A stretch of DNA of 63,270 bases, counting the filler, from Octopus bimaculoides (Eukaryota), in NCBI RefSeq assembly GCF_001194135.2. It is 7 parts of 7 records of this genome, joined end to end, with 100 filler letters (N's around TTAATTAATTAA, not from the genome) between each part and the next. Parts side by side here need not be neighbours in the genome. Positions count along the whole stretch, not along the records: positions 46,569 to 55,853 come from NC_069001.1; positions 55,954 to 59,197 come from NC_069008.1; positions 59,298 to 63,270 come from NC_068998.1; 4 more parts are not named here. One strand, given 5' to 3'. A model generated the notes under the pieces. That model had not been told where the DNA came from. It worked only from the letters and a program-made list of their open reading frames with translations, and did not search any database. The position numbers and the translations under genes were made by a program. Below, piece by piece: positions 51,961 through 63,270 of the stretch (position 1 is the stretch's first letter; the number at the start of each line of letters is the position of its first letter).

Positions 51961-52151
51961 CAATTGCTGTATTATACACCCTCAATAAATGAACACTTAG
52001 CACACCAAATCACAAAATGCCATGATGGTGGACAAGCCGTGTAGCGTTTCAAGAATGAAATAGGTTGGAAAATGATTTAAGTTATCGCTAACATATGTTA
52101 AAGAGCTGTTATCTCTAAAAGGAATCTAACAATCTGGGTCACAATTCCAAC

Positions 52152-52225
<74 letters not shown>

Positions 52226-52666
52226 CCAGTTACGTCGTTATTTGAAAAGAACCGCAGTTCAGATTTGAACACGCGAACACCCATGTTATCCATTCCATTT
52301 CCGGATAAAATCCATTCTTTCACAACATACCTTGCCACACATATAGGAATAAGTGTGGTGTGGCTGTCCTCAGATGCAGATTTATAACAATAAAATCAAA
52401 TTTCAGTACAATCAGGACTTTACTTTGTCAAACCAGGAACGAACCCGTGTGTTTCGTTCCCACTTTTGAGGTATCACTTCATTCCTGCAACAATGAGACA
52501 CAAACACTTTCTTAGTTCCGTCGATCATAAGGATATATTATGTTTGAAACCGTTAAGAATATCGGTATGAAAATCATTTTGTTATCTAGAAATATAAACT
52601 CAAAATCTTTATTGACTTATAACATCTTCCTTTTCTACAACTCCACGCTTACATACGGATAAACAG

Positions 52667-52744
<78 letters not shown>

Positions 52745-53094
52745 ACACACACGCGCACGTCCCTGTATGTCTATCTTTGTATGTTTAAGTTTGTATTAAT
52801 AATAGATAATCATGATTCATTGATCAAATATTTGAAAAAGAAAAGACCACATTCTCCTAAGTTTAAAGGTTTTTATGCGGATTGACATAAATTCCAATTA
52901 TCAATTCTAGTTTCCGAGTAAAGAAAGTGAGTACAAATATAAATTCAGTCTTTGAAAAACTGTGCGCCAACCTATACTATCATCAGCGTTTGTATCATCA
53001 AGTAGCTTGTGTCTTGCATGCAGTGTATAAGAAGAGTGAATGCTGTTGATATAATAATGGCGTGCATTTCACTAATATGAAAAAAGATCAACGT

Positions 53095-53278
53095 AGGCGC
53101 AGGAGTGGCTGTGTGGTAAGTAGCTTGCTTACCAACCACATGGATCTGAGTTCATTTCCACTGCGTGGCACCTTGGGCAAGTGTCTTCTGTTATAGCCTC
53201 GGGCCGACCAAAGCCTTGTGAGTGGATTTGGTAGATGTAAACTGAAAGAAGCCCGTCGTATATATGTGTGTGTGTATA

Positions 53279-53322
<44 letters not shown>

Positions 53323-53531
53323 TGTGTCTGTGTTTGTCCCCACAACATCGCTTGACAACCGATGGTGGTGTGTTTACGTCCCTGTAACTTAGCGGTTCGG
53401 CAAAAGAGACCGATAGAATAAGTACTGGGCTTCCAAAGAATAAGTCCTGGGGTCGATTTGCTCGACTAAAGGCGGTGCTCCAGCATGGCCGCAGTCAAAT
53501 GACTGAAACAAGTAAAAGAGTAAAGAGAGTA
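53095..53531 (+). mobile_element. tRNA-headed SINE family A, full-length copy
   Basis: A-box TGGCTGTGTGG, B-box-like GAGTTCATTTCC, central (TA)/(TG) microsatellite, 3' domain ending GGCGGTGCTCCAGCATGGCCGCAGTCAAATGACTGAAAC + (AGTAAAAG) tail. Many homologous copies occur in the window. Confidence 0.9.
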
Positions 53532-54621
53532 TAGGAAAAATCACCGAAGTTGTGAAAATGCCACAAGCACGTGAAAGTGTTATTGGACAATGCAACGTCT
53601 GTGGACATTGCTATGGTCAAACAATAAACCAGCGACCGAAGAGATGAGAATAGGATGAAAGGTGTAGGATAGCGTCATATATATTTTTTATTTGTTTCGT
53701 GTAGGTTTTCTAAATGTTCAGGTCAATGGCATCTACTTCATCAGTTAAACACGTTAACGGAGCAGAGAGAGTGAAATAGTCATATTTTAAGCTGTATGAC
53801 AACCATCGAAGAGGGTAATGAGTATAACGGCCACCCTAGCGGATAATAACAAAAGCGACAATTTTATACAGATGCTTCTATGAAATGAAAGCGATAGATT
53901 AGAAGTTTGTTCACAAAGATAGAGAGGGTTTCATAACTGATAATGTGCTTCATTATCCTCGTTGGATAAACATCCTAACTGGTTTGTTGGAACCAAGAAA
54001 AATATGAAGTTGGCTGTGGTACTTTGTGTTACGTATGGTGAAAAAAGCATCAGCATCGCTTATATTTTCACGTTGATGTGATGGCAGAACGTTAACAGCC
54101 GGTTACTTTGTATTTGTGATGGTGTGAAACTGTTGAACAAAGACGATTAAGAGTCGGCTTTTCGTTATATGCTGAAATATAATCAAAATAGTTAGTGAAT
54201 ATGCGCAAAACAATAGGAGAGCGAGTTAATTGATTTAAGCTAGAAGGAAACTAAATAATTGAAAAACTATCACAGCATTCAACTGGAATCAAATATCAGT
54301 TACACACAAAGGAACTGCAAGGGGTGTATATACTCATGTTGATTTTATATCAATTAGTTACACAGATGATAAGTGGTCAACTGAGAGACAAAAAATAGAA
54401 AACTTATCAAATGACAACAAACGAAGTATAGAGAGGGGGAAATACGAAAGCTGAGCTGATGAGATATTATTAGCAAAACACTATGCTGCAATTACTATAT
54501 CTCTGGGCTTAAATAAACTACATATAAATCAATACTACGAATCGAAAATAATTTGATATAAAACACTGCTTTCATAACATAAATTTCAGTAGACATACAT
54601 ACATACATACATACATACATA

Positions 54622-54812
54622 CAGGGTGCGTAAGGTATTGAGGATAGATACATACACAAAAGTGACTCTTAGAAAGAGAACATAATTTCTTTTTACTGAA
54701 AAAGGTTTAGAGGTTAAGACTGAACATATTGTTTCGTCATTTTACTCAATAAAGTCTCCTTCAGCTTCAATAACAGCTTCTATGTGAGGTCTCCATTGCC
54801 TCACTAGCAGGA
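54622..54812 (-). mobile_element. Mariner-type transposon right end
   Basis: Minus strand encodes WRPHIEAVIEAEGDFIE*, followed by a terminus TA|CAGGGTGCG at 54620-54630. Confidence 0.6.
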
Positions 54813-54844
54813 ATAAATCAAGTAGTTATTCTTTTATTGAAGCC

Positions 54845-55387
54845 TATGTGAGTAAAGGGACCAGGTGAACATAATAGCGACAAATGCACCGTGCTTACAG
54901 TGAAACACGGCGGCGGAAGTGTTATGTTTTGGGTAGTATTATGAATTGGGAAATGTTATGAATGCGGCTGGTGTGGGAGGACTCACATTTATTGAGAAAA
55001 CAACGAATTCAAGGCTTTATTGTGATATAATCCGGAAAACAATGTGGGAAAAGCATCAAGTAACTGGGAAGACATAAAAGGTTCCAAAATGATAATAATC
55101 CTGAAAACACTTCAAAAATGACAACGAAGTGGTTTGGTTATCAGATGAAAAGATAAAAGCATTGCCTTCGCATACTATTTCACCTGATTTAAACCAAATA
55201 GAACATTTGTGGGGTGGTTTGAAGAGTGAGGTTGCGGAGAAAAGACCCCGCAATGCAACAAAGTCTAAAGAAATCTTTCAGGATGAATGGAGGTCGATTT
55301 CATGAGTTATATGCGAATTTAGTCGCCTCTATGCCCAGAAGACTTAAAGCAGTCATTGAAAGGAAGGGCGGCCACTCCAAATATTGA
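54845..55387 (+). mobile_element. Tc1-family (DD34E) transposase catalytic-domain remnant
   Basis: CTVLTVKHGGGSVMFW; FQNDNNPENTS; SPDLNQIEHLW; LVASMPRRLKAVIERKGGHSKY*. Frameshifted. Confidence 0.9.
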
Positions 55388-55602
55388 ATATAGCAAATAT
55401 TCCTTGAAGGGGTACATATTTTTGTATCGCTTGAAAAATAATATTTCTTTCATATCTTGGAAAATGTTTGTTTTGTGTTCCAAATATGTATAAAGTTTGC
55501 ACGTATAATATATTTTATTTAGTATACATTTCGTTTGACTTCCTTCGATATTATCAGAATAATGGCAATTTTACTTATATGGTTTAGGTTGTACGTACTT
55601 CT

Positions 55603-55637
<35 letters not shown>

Positions 55638-55960
55638 AGTTGAGGTGTGTTCTGTTAAGAACGTATAAGAGTACAAATAGACCTCATTCACCCTTAGAAT
55701 TCCAAAATAGGTTGTAGTATTCTTATGGTATGCTACCAATTCTAGTCTTATGTATTTTGATTTTTACTTTTTAAATGCAGATATATATGTGTACAGACAA
55801 TATATATGTATACAATGTGTATATATACGTATAAATGTGTATATAAATGTATANNNNNNNNNNNNNNNNNNNNNNNNNNNNNNNNNNNNNNNNNNNNTTA
55901 ATTAATTAANNNNNNNNNNNNNNNNNNNNNNNNNNNNNNNNNNNNNNNNNNNNTATATAT

Positions 55961-56085
55961 ACGATGGGCTTCTTTCAGTTTCCATCTACCAAATCCACTC
56001 ACAAGGTTTTGGTCGGCACCAAGGCTATAGTAGAAAACACTTGCCCAAGGTGCCACGCAGTGGGACTGAACCCGGAACCACGTGG
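55961..56085 (-). mobile_element. SINE family A, 5' half (young), truncated by a gap
   Basis: CTTCTTTCAGTTTCCATCTACCAAATCCACTCACAAGG...CACTTGCCCAAGGTGCCACGCAGTGGGACTGAACCCGGAACCA. Confidence 0.88.
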
Positions 56086-56350
56086 ATCAGTGCCAATCTA
56101 GACTGATCCTTGATGTTGTGGGGCTTTGCTTCCTACTTGCCCTTAACAGTTTTAAAGTGCAAATCAGTCCATAAAATTTGATACCACTTTTTAAACTTGG
56201 AAATCTAACCACCATGCTTCAACAGGCTAAGATGTCTGCAGTGACCAGACCAGCAAATTGCAGGTTTTACGCTGGTCTTTTACCCACAGCACCCATGCAT
56301 CTCAGATGCAGTCAACTCCATAAAACAGAGGCCTTTATGATGATGACAAC

Positions 56351-56860
56351 AGCATGCTAGCATGAGTTGGACGATTTGAATGAGGACTGGCGAACCAGAT
56401 GGCTACACCAGGCTCCAATCTAATCTGGCAGAGTTTCTACAGCTGGATGTCCTTCCTAACGCCAACCACTCAGAGAGTGTAGTGGGTGCTTTTACGTGCC
56501 ACCCGCACGAAGGCCAGTCAGGCGGTACTGGCAACGGCCACGCTCAAAATGGTGTATTTTATGTGTCACCCGCACAAGAGCCAGTCCAGGGGCACTGGCA
56601 ACGACCCTGCTCGAAAGTCTTTACACATGCTGCGGGCACAAGTGCCAGAAAGGCGACGCTGGACACAGGTGCCATCATGATTTCACTTTCACTTGCCCCA
56701 ATAGGTCTTCGCAAGCTGAGTTTCGTGTCCAATGAAGGAGACAATGTTGGCATGGGTGCCAGTCGTCGAATTTAACTCAATTTCGATTTCACTTGCCTCA
56801 ACAGGTCTTCGCAAGTGGAGTTTAGTGTCCAATTTAACTCGATTTCGATTCACTTGCCTC
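56351..56860 (-). mobile_element. Non-autonomous repeat with internal minisatellites, possibly RTE-related
   Basis: The minus strand has GGTTGGCGTTAGGAAGGACATCCAGCTGTAGAAAC, which from memory resembles 5' regions of RTE-clade LINEs. It also holds three roughly 65-bp units and 2-3 copies of a second unit. Confidence 0.5.
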
Positions 56861-57195
56861 GATAGACAGACACGAACACATGCCTACGTAGGAATACATA
56901 GATATATTAAAATGAGCTAAAATTACAATAAATACAATCTGAAGTACCCCAGTTTTACAATGTACCCCAAATAGCTTTATTATCCTTATTTTTCGCTCTA
57001 AAAACCTATATATATATATATCTATATTAATGTAATGTGACTCTGAAATCTTTTGATATATTCTATTTGTATTCAGACCCAGTCTTTAGCTACATCACAT
57101 CACAAGAAGGAATTCCATGGGCATCAGGCTTAGCATGTAAGGATAAAAATTCTTTACTATGGTCCTTAAAAAAAAAAAATCCTTAAAATTAAAAA

Positions 57196-57521
<326 letters not shown>

Positions 57522-58337
57522 TATAGATATATATGTATGTGTATGCACACCAAAAACGAAAAATGCTCATGAACTTAAATGCTGTATTTTGCAATTTAGA
57601 AGGGGGTTTACCTTTGTAGGACAAGAATATTTGTAGTAGCAGTAATAATAATAATAATAATAATAATAATGATGATTATGATGATAATGATAATAATAAT
57701 AATAATAATAATAATAAACGTCCTGCATGCTGTTACTTGAGGTCTCTGGGTGAGACTTGGAGCTGATCATTTCAAATAAAGCAACAACTACAATAACCAC
57801 AACAACACTGATTATGTGATAGCAGTTGTAGTAGTATTATTATCAGTAGTAGTAGTAGTAGTAGTGGTAGTAGTAGCAGTAGTCATAATAATTATAATAA
57901 TAATATCTTTATCACAAGAGAGTTGGAGGCATGGCAAAGTATACGTATTAGCTATAATGTGTGTGTGTATGTAGAGAGAAATACCTTGTTGTGGTTATTA
58001 TTTTCTAAATAATTTTCTTTGTTTTTTTTTTCTGTTTTATTTTATTTTTAATATTTTAAGTCATTCTTTTTTTCTTGTGTGTGTGTGTTTTTTTTTTACG
58101 TAAATTTAATTTGTGCTTTTTTTTTTTTTTTAGAAATATTTTTTTGTTCGCTTTTGAGTTTTATTGTTATTTCACTTTTAATATTTTCTGTTTCATTATT
58201 TTATTTTATTTTTATTTTTATTTGGGGATTTATGCATTTACCATCTTTATTCTATTTTCTCTTTCTGTTTCTCAGTGTGTGTATGTGTGTGTGTGTGTGT
58301 GCATATATGTATGCATATATGTATATATATGAATGTA

Positions 58338-58396
<59 letters not shown>

Positions 58397-58453
58397 ATGT
58401 ATATATATNNNNNNNNNNNNNNNNNNNNNNNNNNNNNNNNNNNNNNNNNNNNN

Positions 58454-58496
<43 letters not shown>

Positions 58497-58505
58497 ATGT
58501 ATATG

Positions 58506-58540
<35 letters not shown>

Positions 58541-59162
58541 ATATATGTGTGTGTGTGTGTGTATTGTTACTGTTTGTATCAATTTTGAACAGGAGTTAGA
58601 TGTGGTTTTCGTATGGTACCAAAGAGCTACTTCAGTTCCATGCAGATATATATATATATTGGTGTGGGTTGTGCAAGTGTTCAAACATGCAATTTAACAT
58701 TAGAGTCAACATATGCATCTGAGTGAAACTCAAGTGGCTCATCTGTAGCCTGAGTACTGCATAAAAAGAACCACATATATATACATACAATCATATATAA
58801 TACATACATACACACGCATATACAATTAAACAGTCATGAACATTACAAGGTACAACTTAAGCCCTTTAATTAAAACCTATATGATGAATTAAGCCACTTC
58901 ATCAAAACCTTTATGAGATTAATTAGGTGTTACTTATGGTAGGGCTATGGTCAGAGTTTATGTAAAATAAATAAATGTGTGGGAAAATTAGTTTCATGCT
59001 AAAAAAAAAATATGCTTATATATGCCTTAGTGTAATCTTCCATAGCATCTAGATGTTTCCATCACTATACGGCTTGATTCTTCAGCCATTTTATAAACAG
59101 CAGGACTCTTCACCATAGGAGATAAATATTACTTGTTTTCTATGATTAAGTTTCCAAGCTTA

Positions 59163-59197
<35 letters not shown>

Positions 59198-59327
59198 NNN
59201 NNNNNNNNNNNNNNNNNNNNNNNNNNNNNNNNNNNNNNNNNTTAATTAATTAANNNNNNNNNNNNNNNNNNNNNNNNNNNNNNNNNNNNNNNNNNNNCAT
59301 ACACAAACAAACAAACACATAGAAGAA

Positions 59328-59557
59328 TGAGAAAAATTCGTTCGATTTTTTTCTCTTTATTTTAATCATTTCCAATATTATTTGAATTAACACGAAAAAT
59401 ATGCTCATAGTAGTTTTTTCATGAGGTTCGGGTTGTTACTGTAATCTTTTTCTACAACTTCTGTTTATCGTTTTTAAAATTTCAATCAAATTTTCCTTTT
59501 ATTCAGACATATGGAGATAGAGTGCCTTGGAGAAAAGAAACGAACGAATTTATCTCA
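59328..59557. mobile_element. Short MITE-like element
   Basis: 28-bp inverted repeats at 59328-59355 and 59530-59557 (25/28 match); no clear TSD. Confidence 0.45.
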
Positions 59558-60156
59558 CTATCTAATATAAATATTCATCGTGAAATTTTGAGAAAAAAAT
59601 GTTACTTTAGGCCTTGAATTAACGCATTTTCTTTTATTTTCTTCTTTTTCTTATTAATTGGGTTTTTTTTTTATTAGTATTAATAATTTATTTTCAATTC
59701 AACGCCTACCAATTTCCGTGAGAAATTCATCTCATTCGGTATTAGTGAGTATATTATTTTCGAGATACCATTAACTCTACTTCCTGCCCTGAATAATCTA
59801 CCGTTTCCTGGTCACTTCCAAGATGGTAATTCTGCTCAGTAAATCTTCATTACTTCCTTCAACTAACCTAATCTATAATCTCTTAATGTCCTTTCGCTGA
59901 AATCTTCAAACCTTCTAAAATTTCTTATCTATATTCATCGCCGGTATTTCTGTCATATCTTTTTGTCAATCTCGACATGTATTTTAGTTATTTATTTTAG
60001 AGAGCAAATGGTGAACAATAGCGTCGTGAGTTATTCAATCCCAACGCACAAACCACCAGTTCAGTGCGTTTCTAGTGGTGAGAGTAACCAAAGAGTTTCT
60101 GTGAATAAATCGATGCAAAACAAATACCGCAAACATTTCATTTTAAGATAATGCAA

Positions 60157-60248
<92 letters not shown>

Positions 60249-60459
60249 TTCGATTCTGTTTATGGCCAGTGTTCACCAAATGCTATAAGATAAAATTAAA
60301 TAAATAAGCCCTGAAATTGATGTAATCGATTGCTTTTATCTTGATGCCTTGTGGCTACGGGGGAAGGAGAATAATAACGATTACCAGTATAGCCTTGTGA
60401 CAATATTGCAAATCATTTTTTATATCATTATTATTATTATCATCATCATCATCATTATC

Positions 60460-60572
60460 AAGGCGGCGAGCTGGCAGAATCGTTAGCGCGCTGGACTAAA
60501 TGCTTAGCGGTATTTTGCCCGTCTTTACGTTTTGAGTTCAAATTCCGCCAAGGTGGACTTTGCCTTTCATTC
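60460..60572 (+). mobile_element. SINE family B, 5' half
   Basis: AAGGCGGCGAGCTGGCAGAATCGTTAGCGC...GAGTTCAAATTCCGCC...CTTTGCCTTTCAT. Confidence 0.88.
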
Positions 60573-60753
60573 TTATACACTTAGTTTTTGTGTTTGGTTG
60601 GCAAGATTCGTTATGTGAATTTGTTGAAACAAATTTCGTTGTCTAGGGAGAGTCATTACAAAATATATATATATACAACAGTATATATATATAATATATG
60701 AGTATATGCATACATGCATACATACACACCTACACATACACACCCACGCACAA

Positions 60754-60803
<50 letters not shown>

Positions 60804-61112
60804 TGTTTATATACAAACAGATAGTAAAACAAAAGAATATAACGCAGACGACGTTGAAATATATGAACAGCTTGACATCAAACTGCACTGCGTAAAGTTA
60901 CACTGTCAGGAAAAAAAAACTCTTGATTCTTGGGACGCTTGGTTTCACTGAGAACAGGGACCAGACAATCATATGGTGTATATATTTAACCATTCTTTTG
61001 CTAATTTATATGTGTCTTGTTTGTTTGTTTTTTTCCTTTCATTATTTATTTTGGTCGGGTATACAATTCCGCTGATATAATTCTGAATAAGCTTATGTGT
61101 AGGTATATACAT

Positions 61113-61150
<38 letters not shown>

Positions 61151-61162
61151 GCACACACACAT

Positions 61163-61345
61163 ATATATTCTTTTACTTGTTTCAGTCATTCGACTGCGGC
61201 CATGCTGGATCACGGCCTTTAGTCGAACAAATCGACTCCGGAACTTATTCTTTGTAAGCCTAGTACTTATTCCGTCGTTCTCTTTTGCTGGGGGGCGTAA
61301 ACACACCAACACCAGTTGTAAGCGGTGGCGGGGACAGACACATAG
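61163..61345 (-). mobile_element. SINE family A, 3' half with an internal deletion
   Basis: CTTTTACTTGTTTCAGTCATTCGACTGCGGCCATGCTGGA...TTATTCTTTGTAAGCCTAGTACTTATTC. Confidence 0.85.
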
Positions 61346-62201
61346 ATATGATATATATATGTACGTGTGTGTGTGTGTACGTGCGTGTACGTACGTACGT
61401 GCATATATACCTACATCTGTAGCGTGTACGTACGTGCGTGCGTATATGCCTATATCTGTAGCGATGTGTACGTGGGGCTGTACGTATGACCATATGGTGT
61501 TGATACATGAGTGTATGCACAGATATGAAATTTTCTTTTGTTGTCATCAGACCTCAGGTTCGATCTCACTGCGTGGCACATCGGTCTTATGTGTATTATC
61601 GTGTCGATCCAAATTTTTTTGATGAAACTGAGTGGACCAAATTTCTGTGAAAGCCCGCTGTACCAGTAATACAATGAATCACTCTTCTTACACAGTTTAC
61701 TACGCTGAATCTAAATGTTTGGGTCCACACCTGGTTGTGATAAAAAGGAACTTGCCCAAGGTGTCATTCACTGAGATCAAACATGAGATGCTGTGATTGC
61801 AAAATGAACTTAACTATTTTCTGTCTACACACACAGACACACACGTATACACGAACACACAAGCACACATAAGTTCACATACACACACAAAAGACAAACA
61901 AGTATGTCACGTGTGTAATTAGCCGCCATCGATCTTGAAAATTGCAATTAAAAATAATTTCTAATTAGTTATTCAGATTTAGACAGTTTAACACCTCTCG
62001 GTTGCGACGTCTCTTTCGTGTTATCAAATTAAAAAGAAAATCACTGAGATAATTTTTAAAATAATAAAACTCAAGACGCTTATTTACAAACTAGGCAGAC
62101 TTACTCGGGTGTAAACAGTAAACAGTGCGGAAGACATACATTTTTTAAAGTTACTATCGGTAAACTACTGATGAACAATATATATATATATATATATATT
62201 A

Positions 62202-62430
62202 ATAGTTATCGCCAAGTCAACATGGCAGTCCAAAAAATAGGACGAATGCTGCCGTTGATTAGCTCCAAGAGGCCATCGCCTCTAGCTAGCTATGTGACAC
62301 ACGAACCTGTGTCCTTTATAACCTTCGAACAGGGAAGGTGAGCCGATTCACCTTGCTGGTCTGGCATCTACAGACTAGTTTCGGGGTATTGCCCCTTATC
62401 AATGTAAAGCAGCCGAACCCAGCAGGCGTC
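62202..62430 (-). mobile_element. Hammerhead-bearing repeat, probably a Penelope-like element terminus (pseudo-LTR) or retrozyme-like unit
   Basis: GC-richer non-coding block that contains the hammerhead motif. Minimal palindromic-helix-III hammerheads are an established hallmark of Penelope-like termini. Boundaries approximate. Confidence 0.45.
62367..62408 (-). ncRNA. Minimal type-I hammerhead ribozyme motif, U3:A8 core variant
   Basis: Minus strand reads UUUACA-UUGAUAA-GGGG-CAAUA-CCCC-GAAA-CUAG-UC-UGUAGA. Helix I UUUACA/UGUAGA is 6 bp with one G-U; helix II is GGGG/CCCC; GAAA is conserved; helix III is the palindrome ACUAGU; the triplet is GUC. Confidence 0.75.
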
Positions 62431-62989
62431 GCTACTGATCGTCTGTATGAAGGATTATTTACCTAATTTCAGTGGAATACATCCACTGGTTTTCAGAAAT
62501 AGAGATATTAATATTTCTAAGTCTCTCTAAAGGAGACTACGGCAGCGGTACTGGATNNNNNNNNNNNNNNNNNNNNNNNNNNNNNNNNNNNNNNNNNNNN
62601 NNNNNNNNNNNNNNNNNNNNNNNNNNNNNNNNNNNNNNNNNNNNNNNNNNNNNNNNNNNNNNNNNNNNNNNNNNNNNNNNNNNNNNNNNNNNNNNNNNNN
62701 NNNNNNNNNNNNNNNNNNNNNNNNNNNNNNNNNNNNNNNNNNNNNNNNNNNNNNNNNNNNNNNNNNNNNNNNNNNNNNNNNNNNNNNNNNNNNNNNNNNN
62801 NNNNNNNNNNNNNNNNNNNNNNNNNNNNNNNNNNNNNNNNNNNNNNNNNNNNNNNNNNNNNNNNNNNNNNNNNNNNNNNNNNNNNNNNNNNNNNNNNNNN
62901 NNNNNNNNNNNNNNNNNNNNNNNNGGGGCTAAAAGCAACAGTAACATCCACCCCTAGGGGTCAGCCACACTTAAGTGGCAATATACTAC

Positions 62990-63028
<39 letters not shown>

Positions 63029-63104
63029 TTATTTATTTATCTGTCTGCTTGTCTGTCTGTCTCTGTGTGTATATTTCAGTACGCACGTGCGTATGTGTGC
63101 ATGT

Positions 63105-63152
<48 letters not shown>

Positions 63153-63270
63153 ACCTTCAGTACTAAAAAATACAGTCGCCAAAGCAGATTCTAAGCCCAT
63201 TCAGCTCTGCCAGATCACCAGCGTGAAAAACTGTTGCACCTATCGTTTCATTCCGCATCGACATGACTTT

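Noticed and set aside
58840-58980. Cluster of TAAT/TTTAT homeodomain-like sites
   Set aside because: Expected by chance at this AT content.

Overview
AT-rich, gappy eukaryotic (animal) scaffold, dominated by microsatellites and mobile-element debris. The repeat landscape and SINE types suggest a cephalopod, probably Octopus (inference, not proven). No complete host gene, rRNA, functional tRNA or CRISPR array can be supported. Almost all ORFs in the supplied track are translations of (TA)n/(CA)n/(TAA)n repeats or N gaps. Recognisable retroelement remnants: two Dong/R4-clade LINE fragments (an RT core; a CCHC + restriction-like endonuclease 3' end sitting in a TAA array), a 5'-truncated CR1-clade LINE, a decayed Penelope-like RT, and three tRNA-headed SINE families (about 20 copies). 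DNA-transposon remnants: several Tc1/mariner pieces, a fold-back TA-flanked MITE, a piggyBac-type MITE, and a 1.15 kb hAT-like element with TIRs and an 8-bp TSD. The most interesting signal is a set of minimal type-I hammerhead-ribozyme motifs. The best (62367-62408, minus strand) has a compensated U3:A8 core, a GUC cleavage triplet and a palindromic helix III that predicts dimeric cleavage. Two further variants lie at 32197-32231 and 37504-37564. Also notable: a 3' tail shared between SINE family A and the CR1 LINE, a module shared by two SINE families, a perfect 73-bp inverted repeat, and two phase-compatible candidate exons on the + strand. Boundaries of old repeats are approximate.
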